DNA from: a virus
Lineage: Duplodnaviria; Caudoviricetes
DNA: 64,000 nt
Strand: one strand, 5' to 3'
Virus record (IMG/VR): IMGVR_UViG_3300032219_002227
Span: 109,247 to 173,246 of that record
The position numbers and the translations under genes were made by a program. The notes below the pieces were generated by a model. The model was not told the origin of the DNA. It ran no database searches and was given only the letters and a program-made list of their open reading frames with translations. Positions 39,374 through 49,283 of the stretch are shown piece by piece; the first letter of the stretch is position 1; every line of letters begins with the position of its first letter.

Positions 39374-42300
39374 ATGTTAATAGATAGTGGATTTGTCACG
39401 AGTTCGTTTAGAGTTAGTGGATCATATGCCCAAACTGGAAATGCTGTAATTACAGGATCTTTAAATGTAACTGCAGGCATCACTGGATCTCTATTTGGAA
39501 CTTCGTCTCATGCTGTCACTGCTTCTTTCTTTGGTGGATCTATTTCATCAGCAACATCCGCTTCATATGCTTCATCCTCTACATCAGCATCATACGCAAT
39601 AAATGCAGGCAATGCTCAATCAGCTTCGTTTACAACAAACGCAAACAGTGCATCATATGCTTTAAATGCAGGTAATACTCAAACTGCATCTTTTGCTACT
39701 AACGCAGCAACTGCCTTTATTCAAAACGGAAATAGTTTTGGAGCAGCTGCGCTTTTAGGTACAAATGATTCTCAATCATTACAGTTTGAAACTAGCGGCT
39801 CTATTAGAATGACTATTAGCGGTAGTGGACCTATTGGTATAGGTACTACTACTCCAACTCTAGCATTATTACAAGTTCAAGGTAACGTATCTGCTTCATC
39901 TTATTCCGGCTCATTATTAGGTACAGCATCATTCGCTACTAACGCAATATCTTCTTCTTTTCCAATAACAGTAACAGGAAGTACTTTAAGATCTGTTAGT
40001 CCTGAAGCTGGAGTTGGTGCTAATATTAATACAAGTATATTTTTAGGACTTGATGCTGGAGGTCAAGCAACAAACGCATCTAATTCAATTTTTTTAGGAT
40101 GGTACGCTGGTGCTTCAGCATCAAACTCGTCTAATTCAAATTTTTTAGGAACCGACGCTGGATCCCTTGCAACTGAAGCAAATCAATCAAACTTTTTAGG
40201 AAGAGAGGCTGGAATTCTTGCAATAAATGCTTCTAGTTCAAATTTCTTTGGAAATAGAGCAGGATACCAAGCATTCAAAGCAAATCATTCAAACTTTTTA
40301 GGAAAAGATGCTGGAATGAGTGCAATTAGCGCATCATACTCTACTTTAATAGGTTATCAAGTTGGACGTAATGTAGTAGGCTTAGAGGGAACTAGTATTA
40401 AATCTAATAATATTATTATTGGTACTAACATAACTTTACCTAATGGAACACAAAATAGTATTAATTTAGGAGCAATCATATTTGCAACTGGTTCCTATTC
40501 AACAATAACAGGAACCCCATTTTCAGGATCAGCAAATGGTAGAGTAGGTATTAATGTAATTAATCCTACAAATACTTTAGAAGTAGCAGGTAATGTATCT
40601 GCATCTGCTTTTACAGGATCTTTATTAGGTACAGCTTCATTTGCAACAAATGCTAATAGCTCCTCGTATGCATTAAACGCAGGTACTACTATTTCATCAT
40701 CTTTTTCAACAAATGCAGGTAGTGCATCATATGCAACAAATGCAGGTACTACTATTTCATCATCTTTTTCAACAAATGCAGGTAGTGCATCATATGCAAC
40801 AAATGCAGGTAACGCTCAATCATCTTCATTTGCTTCAACAGCCTCTTCAGCTGATAACTTTACTGTAAGAAATACTCTTACTGCTACTACAATAGTAGTA
40901 CAAACTATAACTTCAAGTGTTAATTTCGTAACTGGTTCAACTCGCTTCGGTATTTTAGCCTCTAATACTCATGTATTTACAGGAAGTGTAAGTATATCAG
41001 GTAGCTTAACAGTTCAAGGTGCTATAAGCGGATCTAATATTACAGGTAGTCTTTTAGGTACTGCCTCATACGCTAATAATGCTCTTTCATCTTCATATGC
41101 AGTAAATGCAGGAAATGCTATTTCAGCATCCTTCTCAACAAATGTGGGGAGTGCATCTTATGCTTTAAATGCAGGTAATACCCAAACTGCTTCGTTTGCA
41201 ACAAATGCAAATAGTGCTTCGTATGCCCTAAATGCAGGTAATGCTCAAACTGCTTCGTTTGCTACTAACGTAGCAAACGCCTTTATCCAAAACGGAAATA
41301 GTTTTGGTGCTGCTGCTCTTTTAGGTACTAATGATGCTCAAAACTTACAATTCGAAACTAATGGTACTGTTAGAATGACTATTAGTTCTAGTGGTGATAT
41401 TGGTATAGGTACTACAGTAACAGATGCAAGATTAAGAGTAGCAGGTACTATTAATGCAACACATTCAATATTTGGTAATACAGATGGAAGAGGATTAGCA
41501 ATTCAAACAGTACTCGTAGCAGGAACAAATGAAGCCGGTAGTATTTTAAATGCAAGGGGTGTAGGAGCAGGTACATTAATATTTCAAACAGATAATACTG
41601 AAAGAGTACGTATTGCTGCTGATGGTAAGGTTGGTATTGGTACTACTTCACCCAGTAGCTTACTAGATGTAAGAGGACAAACAACTATTATCTCAAACGC
41701 AGCTACTCTTCAACTATCTGGAAGTGATCATACTTATATAGAATTATATCCATCAAACTCTATTGGTAGACAAGCATATATTGGATTCCCAGCAGCTGGC
41801 TCTAAAGATTTACAAATTGTTAATGAATCAACAACAGGTAATTTAAATTTATTTACTAATAATTCAACAAGAGTAACAATATTAACTAATGGTAATGTAG
41901 GTATTAGCACTACTTCACCAGCTTATAAATTAGATGTTAGTGGTACTTTAAGAACAACAGGTAATGTACTTGCAAGTAATGTAATAAATTTAATAGGTAC
42001 TGAAAATAGTTCTGCTAAAATCAAAGCTGGTAAGTTTTTATCAATAGCTGATGATGGATTTACTGTAGGTATAAACTATAACTCAGATTCAATACCTTTT
42101 GGCGGGTTTATTACCATGATAAGTGGTAGTACTTATAATAGTGGAAATATTGTAGCAAATGGAAATATTGGTGTAGGGATTACAGCACCTACTTATAATC
42201 TTCATGTTTCTAGCTCATCTAGCCCTACTATAATGGTTCAATCAGCTAACAATATAGGAGGTCAATTTAGAGCAAAAAATACAACTGGTGAATATGTTAA

Positions 42301-43948
42301 AGGTATAGAAGGTAATACTAGTGGTGGTTGGATGGATTATGATATAATTAATAGTCAGTATATAACTTTATATAGAACTGGGTCAGCCGGTTATTATGCT
42401 ATATACACTAACGGCGGTGAAAGAATAACAGTAAGTGGTAGTGGTAATGTAGGTATAGGCCAAACATCACCAGCATCAAAACTAGACGTTAATGGAATTA
42501 TATTTGCTGGTAGTAATTCAGCAACAGAAGGAACTCTTATATTACAAGATCAATATAGTTCAGGCCATTTAACAAATTTTGGAACTAATAGATCATCAGG
42601 AGGTCCTGTAATAGGATATGGAGTATATCCTAGTGCTGGTGCTACTAATGCCTTTAGCTCTTCTGTACATTCAACAATTACTATAGCTAGATCTGCGTTT
42701 TCTATGGATAGTGAGTTTAGATGGTATACTGGAGGTTCACAAACAGTAAGTATAGGAGCTGCTGCTACTCTATCTCAAAGAATGGTTTTAGATAATAATG
42801 GTAATCTAGGTATAGGAGCTACATCACCGGGGGCAAGATTTGAAATCAAATCATCTGCAGCAAATAATCTTGGTGGATTATTATTACGAGCTACTTCTAC
42901 AGCCAACTTCCCGGCATTATTATATGAAAATTCAACTAATGGAGGTGCATTAGATTTATATAATAATGCTACTTTAGTTTCTCGTATAGCAGCAAATGGT
43001 GATTCTTATGTTAGTTCTAGTGGTAATTTTGGTGTAGGTACTACAACACCTACTGAAAAACTCCATGTAGTAGGAGGCAATATAAAAGTAAATAATGCAT
43101 ATGCTATGTATTTTGGCGATTCCGCCAATAATAATGGAGGTAGAATATATTGTGCGAGTGCAACTAATGATTTCTATATTAATCAAGTTAATAACAGCCC
43201 ATTATATTTAGCTACAAATAATAATGTAAGACTTACAATACTTGGTGGTGGTGATGTTGGAATAGGTACTACCTCTCCATATGATAAATTAGAAGTATTA
43301 GGAGCTATAGCAGCAACTGGAGCTTCTACTGGTACTAGCGCACAAGGCACAGCTACTATAATATCAGTAGAGAGTGGAGTAGGTTATTTACGAGCAGTTG
43401 ATTGGGGTGCCGAATATAAATCTTTAGTTGTAGAAGGACAAACTATCTCCTTACAAACAGGGGTTGGATCTACTACTCCTAGAGTGATTATTACCTCTGG
43501 AGGTAATGTTGGTATAAATACTACCCCTTCGTATAGACTAGATGTAAGTGGAAGTGCTAGAATTACAGGTTCACTAGCAGTAGGTAATATTGCTCCAAGC
43601 GCAACAGCAGGTAGAATAGATGCCTCAAATGATGTAGTAGCATTTAGTACTTCAGATGCTCGTTTTAAAACTAACATAACCCCAATTTCAAATGCATTAA
43701 ATAAAATAACTCAAATTGGTGGATATGAATTTGATTGGATACCAAATCAAGAATATCACGGATTTGAAGGACATGATGTTGGAGTTATAGCTCAAGAAAT
43801 AGAAAAAGTATTACCTGAAGTAGTAAAAGAAAGAGATAATGGTTATAAAGCAGTAAAATATGAAAAAATAGTACCATTACTTATTGAAGCAATTAAAGAA
43901 CAACAAAAACAAATAGACGAATTAAAATATTTATTACAAAGCAAATAA
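39374..43948 (+). CDS. Long tail fibre with C-terminal intramolecular chaperone (peptidase S74) domain
   Basis: SDARFKTNI...GVIAQEIEKVLPEVV...V.YEKIVPLLIEAIKE; NSNFLG..AG repeats; GNVGIGTT.P repeats; x-Ala-x repeats. Confidence 0.88.
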   Translation: MLIDSGFVTSSFRVSGSYAQTGNAVITGSLNVTAGITGSLFGTSSHAVTASFFGGSISSATSASYASSSTSASYAINAGNAQSASFTTNANSASYALNAGNTQTASFATNAATAFIQNGNSFGAAALLGTNDSQSLQFETSGSIRMTISGSGPIGIGTTTPTLALLQVQGNVSASSYSGSLLGTASFATNAISSSFPITVTGSTLRSVSPEAGVGANINTSIFLGLDAGGQATNASNSIFLGWYAGASASNSSNSNFLGTDAGSLATEANQSNFLGREAGILAINASSSNFFGNRAGYQAFKANHSNFLGKDAGMSAISASYSTLIGYQVGRNVVGLEGTSIKSNNIIIGTNITLPNGTQNSINLGAIIFATGSYSTITGTPFSGSANGRVGINVINPTNTLEVAGNVSASAFTGSLLGTASFATNANSSSYALNAGTTISSSFSTNAGSASYATNAGTTISSSFSTNAGSASYATNAGNAQSSSFASTASSADNFTVRNTLTATTIVVQTITSSVNFVTGSTRFGILASNTHVFTGSVSISGSLTVQGAISGSNITGSLLGTASYANNALSSSYAVNAGNAISASFSTNVGSASYALNAGNTQTASFATNANSASYALNAGNAQTASFATNVANAFIQNGNSFGAAALLGTNDAQNLQFETNGTVRMTISSSGDIGIGTTVTDARLRVAGTINATHSIFGNTDGRGLAIQTVLVAGTNEAGSILNARGVGAGTLIFQTDNTERVRIAADGKVGIGTTSPSSLLDVRGQTTIISNAATLQLSGSDHTYIELYPSNSIGRQAYIGFPAAGSKDLQIVNESTTGNLNLFTNNSTRVTILTNGNVGISTTSPAYKLDVSGTLRTTGNVLASNVINLIGTENSSAKIKAGKFLSIADDGFTVGINYNSDSIPFGGFITMISGSTYNSGNIVANGNIGVGITAPTYNLHVSSSSSPTIMVQSANNIGGQFRAKNTTGEYVKGIEGNTSGGWMDYDIINSQYITLYRTGSAGYYAIYTNGGERITVSGSGNVGIGQTSPASKLDVNGIIFAGSNSATEGTLILQDQYSSGHLTNFGTNRSSGGPVIGYGVYPSAGATNAFSSSVHSTITIARSAFSMDSEFRWYTGGSQTVSIGAAATLSQRMVLDNNGNLGIGATSPGARFEIKSSAANNLGGLLLRATSTANFPALLYENSTNGGALDLYNNATLVSRIAANGDSYVSSSGNFGVGTTTPTEKLHVVGGNIKVNNAYAMYFGDSANNNGGRIYCASATNDFYINQVNNSPLYLATNNNVRLTILGGGDVGIGTTSPYDKLEVLGAIAATGASTGTSAQGTATIISVESGVGYLRAVDWGAEYKSLVVEGQTISLQTGVGSTTPRVIITSGGNVGINTTPSYRLDVSGSARITGSLAVGNIAPSATAGRIDASNDVVAFSTSDARFKTNITPISNALNKITQIGGYEFDWIPNQEYHGFEGHDVGVIAQEIEKVLPEVVKERDNGYKAVKYEKIVPLLIEAIKEQQKQIDELKYLLQSK
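40679..40811 (+). repeat. Perfect 63 bp tandem duplication inside the fibre gene
   Basis: gcaggtactactatttcatcatctttttcaacaaatgcaggtagtgcatcatatgcaacaaat occurs twice in tandem. Confidence 0.9.
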
Positions 43949-43949
43949 T

Positions 43950-44267
43950 ATGGCAATAACTTACACATGGAATTTTAACCCACTAGAATCATATCCTACA
44001 GCATCAGGACAAACAGATGTAGTATTTTTAGTGCATTGGCAAGCATATGGTTCTACAGGATCATATCAAGGATCATCAATTGGAACTCAACCAGTAACTT
44101 ATGATAGTGGTTCTGCATTTGTTCCATTTGAAGAATTAACATACCAAATCGTATATGATTGGGTAAGTAGTTCTATGGATATGAGTAGAATAGAAGAAAA
44201 TATAGCTCAACAAATAGAAAATCAAATTAATCCACCCGTATTAGTTCAACAAGCCCCTTGGCTATAA
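43950..44267 (+). CDS. Small fibre-associated protein
   Basis: TYTW..DVVFLVHW..FVPFEELT..V.DWV..APW pattern, typical downstream of S74 fibres. Confidence 0.65.
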   Translation: MAITYTWNFNPLESYPTASGQTDVVFLVHWQAYGSTGSYQGSSIGTQPVTYDSGSAFVPFEELTYQIVYDWVSSSMDMSRIEENIAQQIENQINPPVLVQQAPWL

Positions 44268-44277
44268 AATTTAAATT

Positions 44278-44460
44278 ATGTATATTGTATTAATGCAATT
44301 TATCCCAGGAAACGATCAGATTTGGGTAGCTAAACTTAACCTAGAAGATCCAGAATATATCTATCCTACTGAACAAGAGGCAATAGATAAAGCAGCTGAA
44401 TTACAAGCTGCTGATCTTAATGGAAGAGAATATAAAGCTGCTCCTTACGGTCAAATATAA
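44278..44460 (+). CDS. Hypothetical protein
   Basis: 60 aa ORF within the operon. Confidence 0.55.
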   Translation: MYIVLMQFIPGNDQIWVAKLNLEDPEYIYPTEQEAIDKAAELQAADLNGREYKAAPYGQI

Positions 44461-44466
44461 AATAAT

Positions 44467-45147
44467 ATGGCATTACCAAGTAGTGGACAAATATCGTTTA
44501 ATGATGTAAGAACAGAAACATCTCAAAGTACATTTACTAGCTATACATTTTCAAAATGGGCTTCAGGAACTAATTCTGGGTGTATTGGTCTTGGAGCTAA
44601 TGCAGATTATGCTCCTATTAATTTAATATCTTCAGGAAGCGGAAGTGGAACTAATGCTCTTAGATATTCTCCTAATATGACAATGAGTGCTCCTTTAAGA
44701 TTATCTGATTGGTATTTGTATGACCACATAATAGGTATTAATACAGAAGCAACTGCTAGTTTATATAGTCATTTTGATGGAGTATTAAATTTTCAATGTA
44801 ATGGATTTACATCTATGGTACCTGTTGATGTTGGCACATCAGCTACAACTTTAAGTCTTAATATATCGGGAAGTCCTATTACAGGAAGCAGTGCAGATAC
44901 TGGCTGTTGGATGATATTTTATGGAAAACCATGGACACAAACAGGAGTAAGTGATACTACTATGACTGGCTGCGGATATGTATATTCATCAGCAACAGCA
45001 ATTCTTATAGATAGTGGATCTATAAGAGATAATGTTAATAAAAAAATATCATATAATTACAATTATAATGCTACTTACGGGAATTACATATATTATGTAG
45101 TAATTCGTCAATTAAATGATTGTTTTTGTGTACCTGGTGGTTGTTAA
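44467..45147 (+). CDS. Putative fibre tip/adhesin protein
   Basis: N-terminal MALPSSGQISFNDVRTE..LSDWY fibre-capping motif; Cys-containing C-terminus. Confidence 0.55.
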   Translation: MALPSSGQISFNDVRTETSQSTFTSYTFSKWASGTNSGCIGLGANADYAPINLISSGSGSGTNALRYSPNMTMSAPLRLSDWYLYDHIIGINTEATASLYSHFDGVLNFQCNGFTSMVPVDVGTSATTLSLNISGSPITGSSADTGCWMIFYGKPWTQTGVSDTTMTGCGYVYSSATAILIDSGSIRDNVNKKISYNYNYNATYGNYIYYVVIRQLNDCFCVPGGC

Positions 45148-45168
45148 TAATAATTAAAATAATTAAAT

Positions 45169-45537
45169 ATGCCTGCTTCTTTTAAAATATGGGTACAAAC
45201 AACACCAAGTTATTTAGTAACAATATATGGTAAATTAACTGGGATTGGTCTTCCTATTACATTTGAATATTCATTAGATGGTGGAACTAACTGGCTTAGT
45301 GCTGGTTCTTCATTTGATAGTACTAGTTGTGCTTCAAGAGGATCATTTTTAGTAGTATCAGGAAATTCAGCTTCAATAAGAGGATCAGATGGATCCAATA
45401 CATATTTTATGTCTAGAACACTTAACTCAACTACTTGTCCTGGCAGTCCATATACTTCCTGTGAAGTTTTAGTATCTAATGTTACTTCTAATAGAAACGT
45501 AGCTATTACAGTAGATACTAATGGTTCTACTTGTTAA
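45169..45537 (+). CDS. Small Cys/Ser-rich virion protein
   Basis: EYSLDGGTNW motif; four Cys. Confidence 0.5.
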   Translation: MPASFKIWVQTTPSYLVTIYGKLTGIGLPITFEYSLDGGTNWLSAGSSFDSTSCASRGSFLVVSGNSASIRGSDGSNTYFMSRTLNSTTCPGSPYTSCEVLVSNVTSNRNVAITVDTNGSTC

Positions 45538-45543
45538 AATAAA

Positions 45544-45576
45544 TTTGGTTGTTTTCTACTTTCTTTATATATTTAT
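45544..45576 (+). promoter_or_regulatory. Bacteroidota-type -33/-7 promoter overlapping a late box
   Basis: TTTG (45544), 20 nt spacer, TATATTTA (45568). Confidence 0.55.
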
Positions 45577-45602
45577 ATACGTAAACCAAAAAATAAAAAT
45601 TT

Positions 45603-45923
45603 ATGTTACAAGTTATTATTGTTCTTGCTTTAGCCGTAGCTGCATTCATTGCTTTCTCTCTTAGAAAAAAATCATCTCATGATGATGTAAAAACATCTGG
45701 TCCTGTTAACCCAATTGTAGTTGAAAATGCAACTCCTGACCCAACAGTATTTGTTCCAGTAGTAGAAGAACCAGTAGCTACTCCAGAACAAAAAGCAGAA
45801 AGAAAAGCAAATGCTGCTAAACAAGGAGCCGCTAAACAAGGAACCGCTAAACAAGGAACCTCTAAACAAGGAACTGCTAAACAAAGTGCTGTTAAAAAAA
45901 CAGTTGTTAAAAAAACTAAGTAA
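45603..45923 (+). CDS. N-terminally membrane-anchored protein with a basic repeat tail
   Basis: Hydrophobic N-terminal helix; AKQG(A/T) repeats; KKTVVKKTK end. Confidence 0.7.
   Translation: MLQVIIVLALAVAAFIAFSLRKKSSHDDVKTSGPVNPIVVENATPDPTVFVPVVEEPVATPEQKAERKANAAKQGAAKQGTAKQGTSKQGTAKQSAVKKTVVKKTK
45816..45890 (+). repeat. 5 x 15 bp coding tandem repeat
   Basis: gctaaacaaggarcc-like unit repeated five times. Confidence 0.85.
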
Positions 45924-45928
45924 TTAGT

Positions 45929-46390
45929 ATGGAAAAAGTTACGTTAAAATTACAAGAATTTTATTCTTTAGAAAGTGAACTAAATGGAGTAGCTAACAAC
46001 CAAACTGGTGAAACTACATCTAAAGGTCTATTATCTGAAAAAATTAAACTTACTACTAAGTATTGGCTGTATGATCTTTTTAAAAAAGTTTCTACTGAGA
46101 AAGAATCAATAGAAAAACTTAGGGAAGAACTAATCAAAAAATACGGTGTTGAAAAAGACGGTGCTGTTAGCATCCCTGTTTATATCAATGAAGTAATTGA
46201 TGATGATACTAAAGAAATAATTTCTCGTGAAATAAATCCTAGTTTTGTCTTATTTCAAAATGACTTTAATTCATTACTTCAAGAAGAACGTGAATTAGAA
46301 TATCATCCATTCAAATTAGCAGAATTTGAAAATGTAGAAACAAATGGTGTCTATACTACTTTCTTCAAATTAATTAAAATTGATGAATAA
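45929..46390 (+). CDS. Hypothetical helical protein
   Basis: REELIKKYG motif; 153 aa. Confidence 0.6.
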   Translation: MEKVTLKLQEFYSLESELNGVANNQTGETTSKGLLSEKIKLTTKYWLYDLFKKVSTEKESIEKLREELIKKYGVEKDGAVSIPVYINEVIDDDTKEIISREINPSFVLFQNDFNSLLQEERELEYHPFKLAEFENVETNGVYTTFFKLIKIDE

Positions 46391-46613
46391 AATTTCAGAA
46401 ATATTTCAAGCGTGGGTAACAGCAGCTAATCCAACATCTGAAGAACAAGCACTGGCTGAATATAGATCTGGTATTTGTGATTCATGTGATAAAAAAACTC
46501 ATGTTCCTGCACTTAATATATTAGTATGCAGTGAATGTGGCTGTCCACTAAGTAAAAAAGTATTTAGTCCTAGAGGTCCTGAAGCTTGCCCATTAGCTAA
46601 ATGGGAAAAATAA
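46383..46613 (+). CDS. Small Cys-rich (Zn-binding, DUF6171-like) protein
   Basis: RxxICxxC...CxxCGCPL.KK...CP..KW. Confidence 0.7.
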   Translation: MNKISEIFQAWVTAANPTSEEQALAEYRSGICDSCDKKTHVPALNILVCSECGCPLSKKVFSPRGPEACPLAKWEK

Positions 46614-46620
46614 AAACGTT

Positions 46621-46887
46621 ATGGCACAATTAACACAAGAAGAATTACAACCAGTTAGAGATTTACAATCAAAGTACAACCAAACCTTATTTGAAATTGG
46701 TGTAGCTGAAGCACAGCGCTTAGCATTGTTAGAACAAGTTGAAAAACTTGAATCTAGTAAAAAAGCATTATTAGGTGATTTAGCTACAATCGAACAAAAA
46801 GAAAATGAACTAACTAAATCTCTTCAGGAAAAGTATGGTACTGGCTCAATTAATTCAGAAACCGGGGAAATCACACCTATTCAATAA
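46621..46887 (+). CDS. Small coiled-coil protein
   Basis: Coiled coil ending LQEKYGTGSINSETGE. Confidence 0.65.
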   Translation: MAQLTQEELQPVRDLQSKYNQTLFEIGVAEAQRLALLEQVEKLESSKKALLGDLATIEQKENELTKSLQEKYGTGSINSETGEITPIQ

Positions 46888-46915
46888 TAGTTCCGCGTTT
46901 TATAATAGTTTTTAG

Positions 46916-46923
46916 ATATTTAT
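46916..46923 (+). promoter_or_regulatory. Late promoter box ATATTTAT (sheath)
   Basis: Recurrent intergenic octamer. Confidence 0.7.
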
Positions 46924-46964
46924 CGATAGGTCAATCCTATTAAATTTCAAAAACAATTATAAAA

Positions 46965-48695
46965 ATGGGCGAAAAAATTTTATCTCCTGGTGTATTCCAA
47001 AATGAATCAGATCAATCGCTGGTTCAAAGAGGCATTGTAGGTTCAGCAACAGCTATTGTTGGTCCAACTGTATTAGGCCAACCATATGTTCCTACCTATG
47101 TTACTTCATATAGTGAATATGTATCTAAATTTGGAGAATCATTTAAAAGTGGTAGTTATTATTACGAATACTTTACATCATTAACCGCTAAAGATTTCTT
47201 CCAAAATGGCGGTCAAACCTTACTTGTTACTAGAATAATTAACGGCAGCGGCAGCGCAACTGTAAGTACTTATGCTAGCGCTTCTGTTCGTTCTATATTA
47301 CACCCAGACTCATCATCATTTGTTCTTGAAACTTTAGCTTGGGGTGATATTTTAAATAACGTTGGTCCTATTGTAAGTGGTGCTTTAGAAAGTGGAAGTG
47401 CTTCTAACGTTCGTTGGGAAATAACTAATGTAAATACAAGCAGTGGTGTATTTAATCTAGCTATTCGTTTAGGTAATGACAATACTGCTCAACCTAACTA
47501 TATCGAAACATGGCCTAATTTATCATTAGACCCAGCATTACCTAACTTTATTTCTCGCGTGATTGGTGATATTAAACCAGTTTATCGTGAAGATAGTAAC
47601 TTTGTTCCGTATATTGATTTTACAGGTTCTTATGCTAATGCTTCTCAGTATGTGCGTGTTAAATCAGTAAATAATATTCAAGTAGACTCTATTGATAATA
47701 ATGGTAATTTTAAATCAGGATCTTATGCAACTGGATTACCTCAAGCAGGTAGTGGTTCATTAGCTGGTGCTTTTGCAGGTGGTATAGCAGCTACAAGTAC
47801 TCAAGCATTAATGAATGAAGCTATTACTACAAGTAATATTCAAGGATTTTCACCAGTAAATTATATTAGTGCTTTTAATTTATTATCAAATCAAGACGAA
47901 TACAGATTTAATGTATTATTAGCTCCTGGTATTTCATTAGATAATAGTGCTGCATCTACTATGATTTCTACTTGTGAAGGTAGAGGCGATGCAATTGCTG
48001 TTTTAGATACTAAAATATACGGTGCAAATATTACATCAGCTGCTAACGCTGCTGCTGGTCAATCTAGTAATTATGCTACAACATATTGGCCTTGGGTTCA
48101 ATTGTTTAGCTCAACATTAGGAAAATCAGTATGGTGTCCTCCAACTACAGTAATTGGTGGTGTTTATGCATTTAATGATCAAGTTGCTGCTAGCTGGTTT
48201 GCTCCTGCAGGTTTAAACCGTGGTGGTGTTCCTTCAGTATTACGTGCTGAAAGAAAATTATCTCAAAATGATCGTGATTTATTATATCAAGCAAATGTTA
48301 ATCCATTAGCTACATTCCCTGGAGAAGGTGTTGTAGTATTTGGTCAGAAAACATTGCAGAAAAAATCAACAGCTCTTGACCGCGTAAATGTTCGTCGTTT
48401 ATTGATTGCATTGAAAGATTATATTGGTCAAGTAGGTAATAACTTAGTATTTGAACAAAATACAAATGTAACTCGTAATAGATTCTTATCTCAAGTTAAC
48501 CCATATCTTGAATCAGTAGTACAACGTCAAGGCTTATATGCTTATAAGGTAGTAATGGATGATTCCAACAACACACCTGATGTAATCGATAGAAATCAAT
48601 TAGTAGGTCAGATTTATATTCAACCAACTAAAACTGCTGAATTCATTATCTTGAACTTTAACGTACAACCAACTGGCGCTACATTCCCTGCATAG
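46965..48695 (+). CDS. gp18: Tail sheath protein (gp18-like)
   Basis: SPGVF.NE.D, WFAPAGLNRG, GQKTLQ, DRVNVRRL, NNTPDVIDRN, PTKTAEFI. Confidence 0.95.
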   Translation: MGEKILSPGVFQNESDQSLVQRGIVGSATAIVGPTVLGQPYVPTYVTSYSEYVSKFGESFKSGSYYYEYFTSLTAKDFFQNGGQTLLVTRIINGSGSATVSTYASASVRSILHPDSSSFVLETLAWGDILNNVGPIVSGALESGSASNVRWEITNVNTSSGVFNLAIRLGNDNTAQPNYIETWPNLSLDPALPNFISRVIGDIKPVYREDSNFVPYIDFTGSYANASQYVRVKSVNNIQVDSIDNNGNFKSGSYATGLPQAGSGSLAGAFAGGIAATSTQALMNEAITTSNIQGFSPVNYISAFNLLSNQDEYRFNVLLAPGISLDNSAASTMISTCEGRGDAIAVLDTKIYGANITSAANAAAGQSSNYATTYWPWVQLFSSTLGKSVWCPPTTVIGGVYAFNDQVAASWFAPAGLNRGGVPSVLRAERKLSQNDRDLLYQANVNPLATFPGEGVVVFGQKTLQKKSTALDRVNVRRLLIALKDYIGQVGNNLVFEQNTNVTRNRFLSQVNPYLESVVQRQGLYAYKVVMDDSNNTPDVIDRNQLVGQIYIQPTKTAEFIILNFNVQPTGATFPA

Positions 48696-48706
48696 GGGAA
48701 TGTAGT
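48678..48706 (+). other. Hairpin spanning the sheath stop codon
   Basis: GCTACATTCCC / GGGAATGTAGT stem with no T tail. Confidence 0.5.
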
Positions 48707-48744
48707 TGCTAATATTTATTAATAGCAATAAAACACAACATAAA

Positions 48745-49230
48745 ATGGCAGTATTAGACGCTAACGAAATAATGTTTACAGCATTCGAACCTAAAGTTCA
48801 GAATCGCTTTATCATGTATGTCGATGGTATTCCAGCATATTTGATTAAAGCAGCAGCCGCTCCTGGATTTGAAGCTGGTGAGATTATTTTAGATCACATC
48901 AACGTTTACCGTAAAGTAAAAGGTAAAGTTAGATGGAATGATATGCAATTAAGTTTATACGATCCCGTAACTCCATCTGGTGCACAAGCCGTAATGGAAT
49001 GGGCTCGTTTAGCACACGAATCAGTAACAGGCCGCGATGGTTACTCTGATTTCTACAAGAAAGATTTAACATTAGATATTTTAGGACCAGTAGGTGATGT
49101 AGTAGGTGAATGGATTATTAAAGGCGCTTATGTAAAAACAGCTACATTCGGTGAATACGATTGGGCTAACGAAGCAGCTATTAACTTAACCGTTAACATT
49201 GCTATGGATTATTGTGTACTCAACTTCTAA
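48745..49230 (+). CDS. gp19: Tail tube protein (gp19-like)
   Basis: EPKVQNRF, GKVRWNDM, VMEW, TGRDGY..YKKD; follows the sheath; ATG 48745. Confidence 0.88.
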   Translation: MAVLDANEIMFTAFEPKVQNRFIMYVDGIPAYLIKAAAAPGFEAGEIILDHINVYRKVKGKVRWNDMQLSLYDPVTPSGAQAVMEWARLAHESVTGRDGYSDFYKKDLTLDILGPVGDVVGEWIIKGAYVKTATFGEYDWANEAAINLTVNIAMDYCVLNF

Positions 49231-49254
49231 TCTACATTTCATATTTTTTTCTTT

Positions 49255-49283
49255 AAGTGTCTGCTTTCGCAGACACTTTTTTT
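49255..49283 (+). terminator. Rho-independent terminator after the tube gene
   Basis: AAGTGTCTGC-tttc-GCAGACACTT followed by a T run. Confidence 0.88.

Noticed and set aside
23495-45537. Diversity-generating retroelement acting on fibres (suggested by the Mtd-N-like domain and repeats)
   Set aside because: No reverse transcriptase in the window. Repeat pairs differ at synonymous sites of all bases rather than only at adenines, and no non-coding template repeat was seen.
48706-48744. Upstream starts given by the ORF track (48706, 35715, 59176, 14673, 18272)
   Set aside because: They mostly overlap promoter boxes or upstream genes, or use non-ATG codons. The downstream ATGs (48745, 35757, 59215, 14694, 18278) fit gene packing better.
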